This document shows, piece after piece, positions 61,585 to 64,000 of a stretch of 64,000 nucleotides of DNA. The stretch lies in the NCBI GenBank assembly GCA_013239625.1, contig MU054212.1:620001-684000 (forward strand), written 5' to 3'. Position numbers and translations under genes: made by a program. Every line of letters begins with the position of its first letter. Positions within the stretch are counted from its first letter, which is position 1. The notes beneath the pieces are model-generated. The model was not told where the DNA came from and ran no database searches. It worked only from the letters and a program-made list of their open reading frames with translations. This DNA comes from Lama guanicoe. Its lineage: Eukaryota.

Positions 61585-61750
61585 GAGGTGGAGGGAGGAG
61601 GGTACAGCTCAGTGGTAGAGCACGTGCTTAGCACTCATGAGGTCCTAGGTTCAATCCCCAGTACTTCCATTAAAAAACAACAACAACAACTAAAATAAAT
61701 AAATAGACCTAATGACCTTTCCTCCCAAAATAAAATAAATAAATATTTTA
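61585..61750 (+). mobile_element. Camelid tRNA-derived SINE (Vic-1-like), long form
   Basis: gggtacagctcagtggtagagcacgtgcttagca..catgaggtcctaggttcaatccccagtac.tccatt, then the aaataaatagacctaat.acct.tcctccc segment and A-rich tail. Approximate TSD aaaagttagct / aaagtgtcagct. Confidence 0.92.
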
Positions 61751-61989
61751 AAAAGTGTCAGCTCAACTAAATAGTCTCTTTAGTGCCAGGCTTGTTGTGC
61801 GTTCTGGCACAATCTCCTTACAGACAAGCAACAGGGAGCTCACAGACCATCACCACCTGTGGACCACACTTTGCGAAGCACTGTTCCAGGTCATAGACCT
61901 CTCCATCTGCCGGAGACTGCCAGACTGACATTTACAATGGACTTTTCAGTGGTTTTTGGCCGCCTAGTCTCCCTATCCCTTCCTTTGGT

Positions 61990-62495
61990 AAAGCCCCAAT
62001 ACCGAGACTCTGACTCACCCTTTCTCAGTCATGGGTCCAGGTGGGGATCCTGTATGACTGGGGCTGGCCAAACAGTGCTCTGAGTCTCTCTGGTCACAGT
62101 GAATGGTCGTGATTCAGGGCCAGCCAATCAGCATAATTCCATCTTCCTGGTCAGCTTTTAGATCTGGGATGGGCAGTGGCCTTGACTGATGAAATCAGAG
62201 TTAAGCCTGGGACTCATGTAGAAGCTACAAGGGAGACAGTCTTGTTCCATTAAAGTTGTGAGGAAGTAAGCCTGGAGTCAACAACACCCATGAGGGGAGA
62301 GCCTGGCTGTGAAATGAAGCAAAGACAGAGAGCAGAACTGAAAGGATTCTAAGTAGGTCACTGGAACCTCTGGATCAAGCCATGCCTGAAGCAGTTTCTA
62401 CCCTATGACTTTTCGTTAATGTGAACCAGGAAATTTCCCTTTTGCTTAGCGCATTTGGTGAGCTTTCTAACACTTGCAAACAGAAGTATCAAGTT
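61990..62495 (+). mobile_element. Old ERVL-MaLR LTR (MLT1K/L-like)
   Basis: ggccagccaatcagc, tctggatcaagccatgcctgaagc, gactttt...tgtgaaccag.aaatttcccttttgctta, ctttct..cacttgcaa.cagaa. Confidence 0.72.
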
Positions 62496-64000
62496 AGGTA
62501 TGACTACTATACCCTAGGCTCGTTCTAAAATTCATAAACATTAATCCTAAAGAGACAAATCTGAAAAAGCAAAAGGTGGGGAGTCAGAAGAGCTGCCATT
62601 TTCTGGGACTAGAGGCAGGTTACCAAGACTTCCCACACCTGAGTTCCTTCCTCTGTCAGGTGATTAACATCTGCTTCACCTGTTAGGTGACTGTGAGAAT
62701 CACACAGAAAGGAAATCATTCTGGAAACATACGGAAAAGCACTGTACAAACAAAAAAACAGTATCATTACTAGCACAACACCTTACTTGTTCAAACTTCA
62801 AAATCCTAGCATCCATAACTATCCAGATCCTATAAAAAATTTTTTTGAAGTCTTTCAATAACAACAGATGGTTGTTGCTGTTGTTTTGTTTTTCACATCA
62901 CATACTATACTCTGCTCTAGGAGAGGAAGCTCCCCCTGCCGGCCAGAGGGCAGACAGAGAGCCAGCCCTGCCTTTTGTTCTGGGCTCAGAATCAACACGC
63001 ACAGTGGTTCATTTCTTAGGTCCACCCAGGCCATTTTCTCCCTCATCGCACACATCATCCCATCTACTCAGGCTTATGAATCATGAAAGAAAAATGATGA
63101 TTTAATTTCGAAATTACCACTATTAATTCTCAACTGCTATCTGGCAACTTTGGAGTTGTCCCAATAACACTATTCTTATCTAGCGAGGCAGATTTTGTTT
63201 GTTTTTGCTGTTTTCATAGCCGAGATCTAAGGGCCAACATAACAACAATCTTTACAGTAAAAGACTAAACTGTTTGAAATTTTCACGTTTTCTTCAAACG
63301 TCAGAACACAATCATTTTCTGATAGATAAAAATAGTTAGCAATTCGGGTATAAATTGGAAGAGGCATTACTACCATTACTGATTTTTAAGTTATGTGCTG
63401 AGTTTCTGGTCAATGGTGATATTTATGGATTCTCTTCTGATGGAAAAATAACTAAATTTTTGGAGTTCCATATAATATATAATGCAACTGGAAAAAAATT
63501 CACTCTTCACAGTCCCCTCCTTTGAGGAGCTCAATCCCAGAGGCTGGGGTGGGAGGACAGAATGGACGCTTGTTTCACGAGCGTTCTCGTGTCCTGGGCA
63601 TCAGTGCTGCACCAAGCATGTGCACCCACGACTGAGCCCAGCATGCCCCAGGCTGCGTGACTGGTACCCATGGGCAGAGTCATAGTTCCCTGGAAGCAAA
63701 GAGCAGACAGAGCGTCCCGTCCCTGCTCTCAAGGACTGGCTGCATTTAGGCAGAGCAGGCTGGCCCCGGATACAGCAGGCTCTACAAATATCACTACCCT
63801 GTCTTCCTGCGTCTCCATCTGTGCCGCTTCACTTTGTAAAACGAGTTGAGCCTTCCCTGTTATCTGATTATCTACAATTCAAGGAGAGGAGGCTCCACAT
63901 CTAGCTGTACCACCGCTAAAGCTGGTGCTTCGTCTTCTGCTGATCTGAGACACAACAAGTGACAAGGCGAAGGGGAAGAGAAGAGAGGGACCATCCCTCC

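Larger units (their letters stand above)
1..64000 (-). other. TMEM241: TMEM241 (SLC35D4) transcription unit, partial: intron 4 through terminal exon and part of the 3' UTR
   Basis: Eleven GT-AG flanked exons splice in phase into a 203-aa ORF collinear with human TMEM241 as recalled (e.g. FWAxIHLLCVGAYKILQKSQKP, DIDQQYLNY, LDFPFLYFYRFHGSCCASGFLGFFLM, LGEALLVFSERK). Confidence 0.96.

Noticed and set aside
61600..61665. tRNA-like sequence with A and B boxes (also at 21483, 23528, 24812)
   Set aside because: These are SINE heads with A-rich tails and TSDs, not tRNA genes.

Overview
Mammalian genomic DNA, most likely from a camelid (four tRNA-derived SINEs of the Vic-1 type, recalled from memory). 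The window covers the 3' two-thirds of the coding sequence of TMEM241 (SLC35D4, a Golgi nucleotide-sugar-transporter-family membrane protein) on the minus strand. I reconstructed 11 small coding exons by hand (exons 5-15 in approximate human numbering): 55313-55390, 52294-52319, 48972-49023, 47366-47414, 46553-46598, 45377-45412, 43435-43469, 36789-36858, 32018-32111, 9090-9154 and 273-333. All introns are GT-AG with consistent phases. They splice into 612 nt, i.e. 203 aa plus stop: AIPVFLTLHNVAEVIICGHQKCFRKEKTSSAKICSALFLLAAAGCLPFNDSQFDPDGYFWAVIHLLCVGAYKILQKSQKPNALSDIDQQYLNYLFSVVLLACASHPTGDLLGVLDFPFLYFYRFHGSCCASGFLGFFLMLSTVKLKSLMAPGQCAAWIFFAKVVTAGLSILLFDMILTSATVGCLLLSGLGEALLVFSERKGS*. Exons 1-4 were not found and presumably lie beyond position 64000. 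The rest is intron containing L1, L2, MIR, MLT1, MER20, MER53 and SINE copies, plus one 98-N gap. Almost all ORFs in the supplied track are spurious. I found no convincing new multi-gene system. The best leads are a probable polymorphic young L1 insertion at the gap, several candidate poison exons or alternative acceptors, a skewed set of 5' splice sites, a miR-1302-like MER53 hairpin and a strong CTCF motif. Repeat subfamily names and boundaries come from recalled consensus sequences and are approximate.
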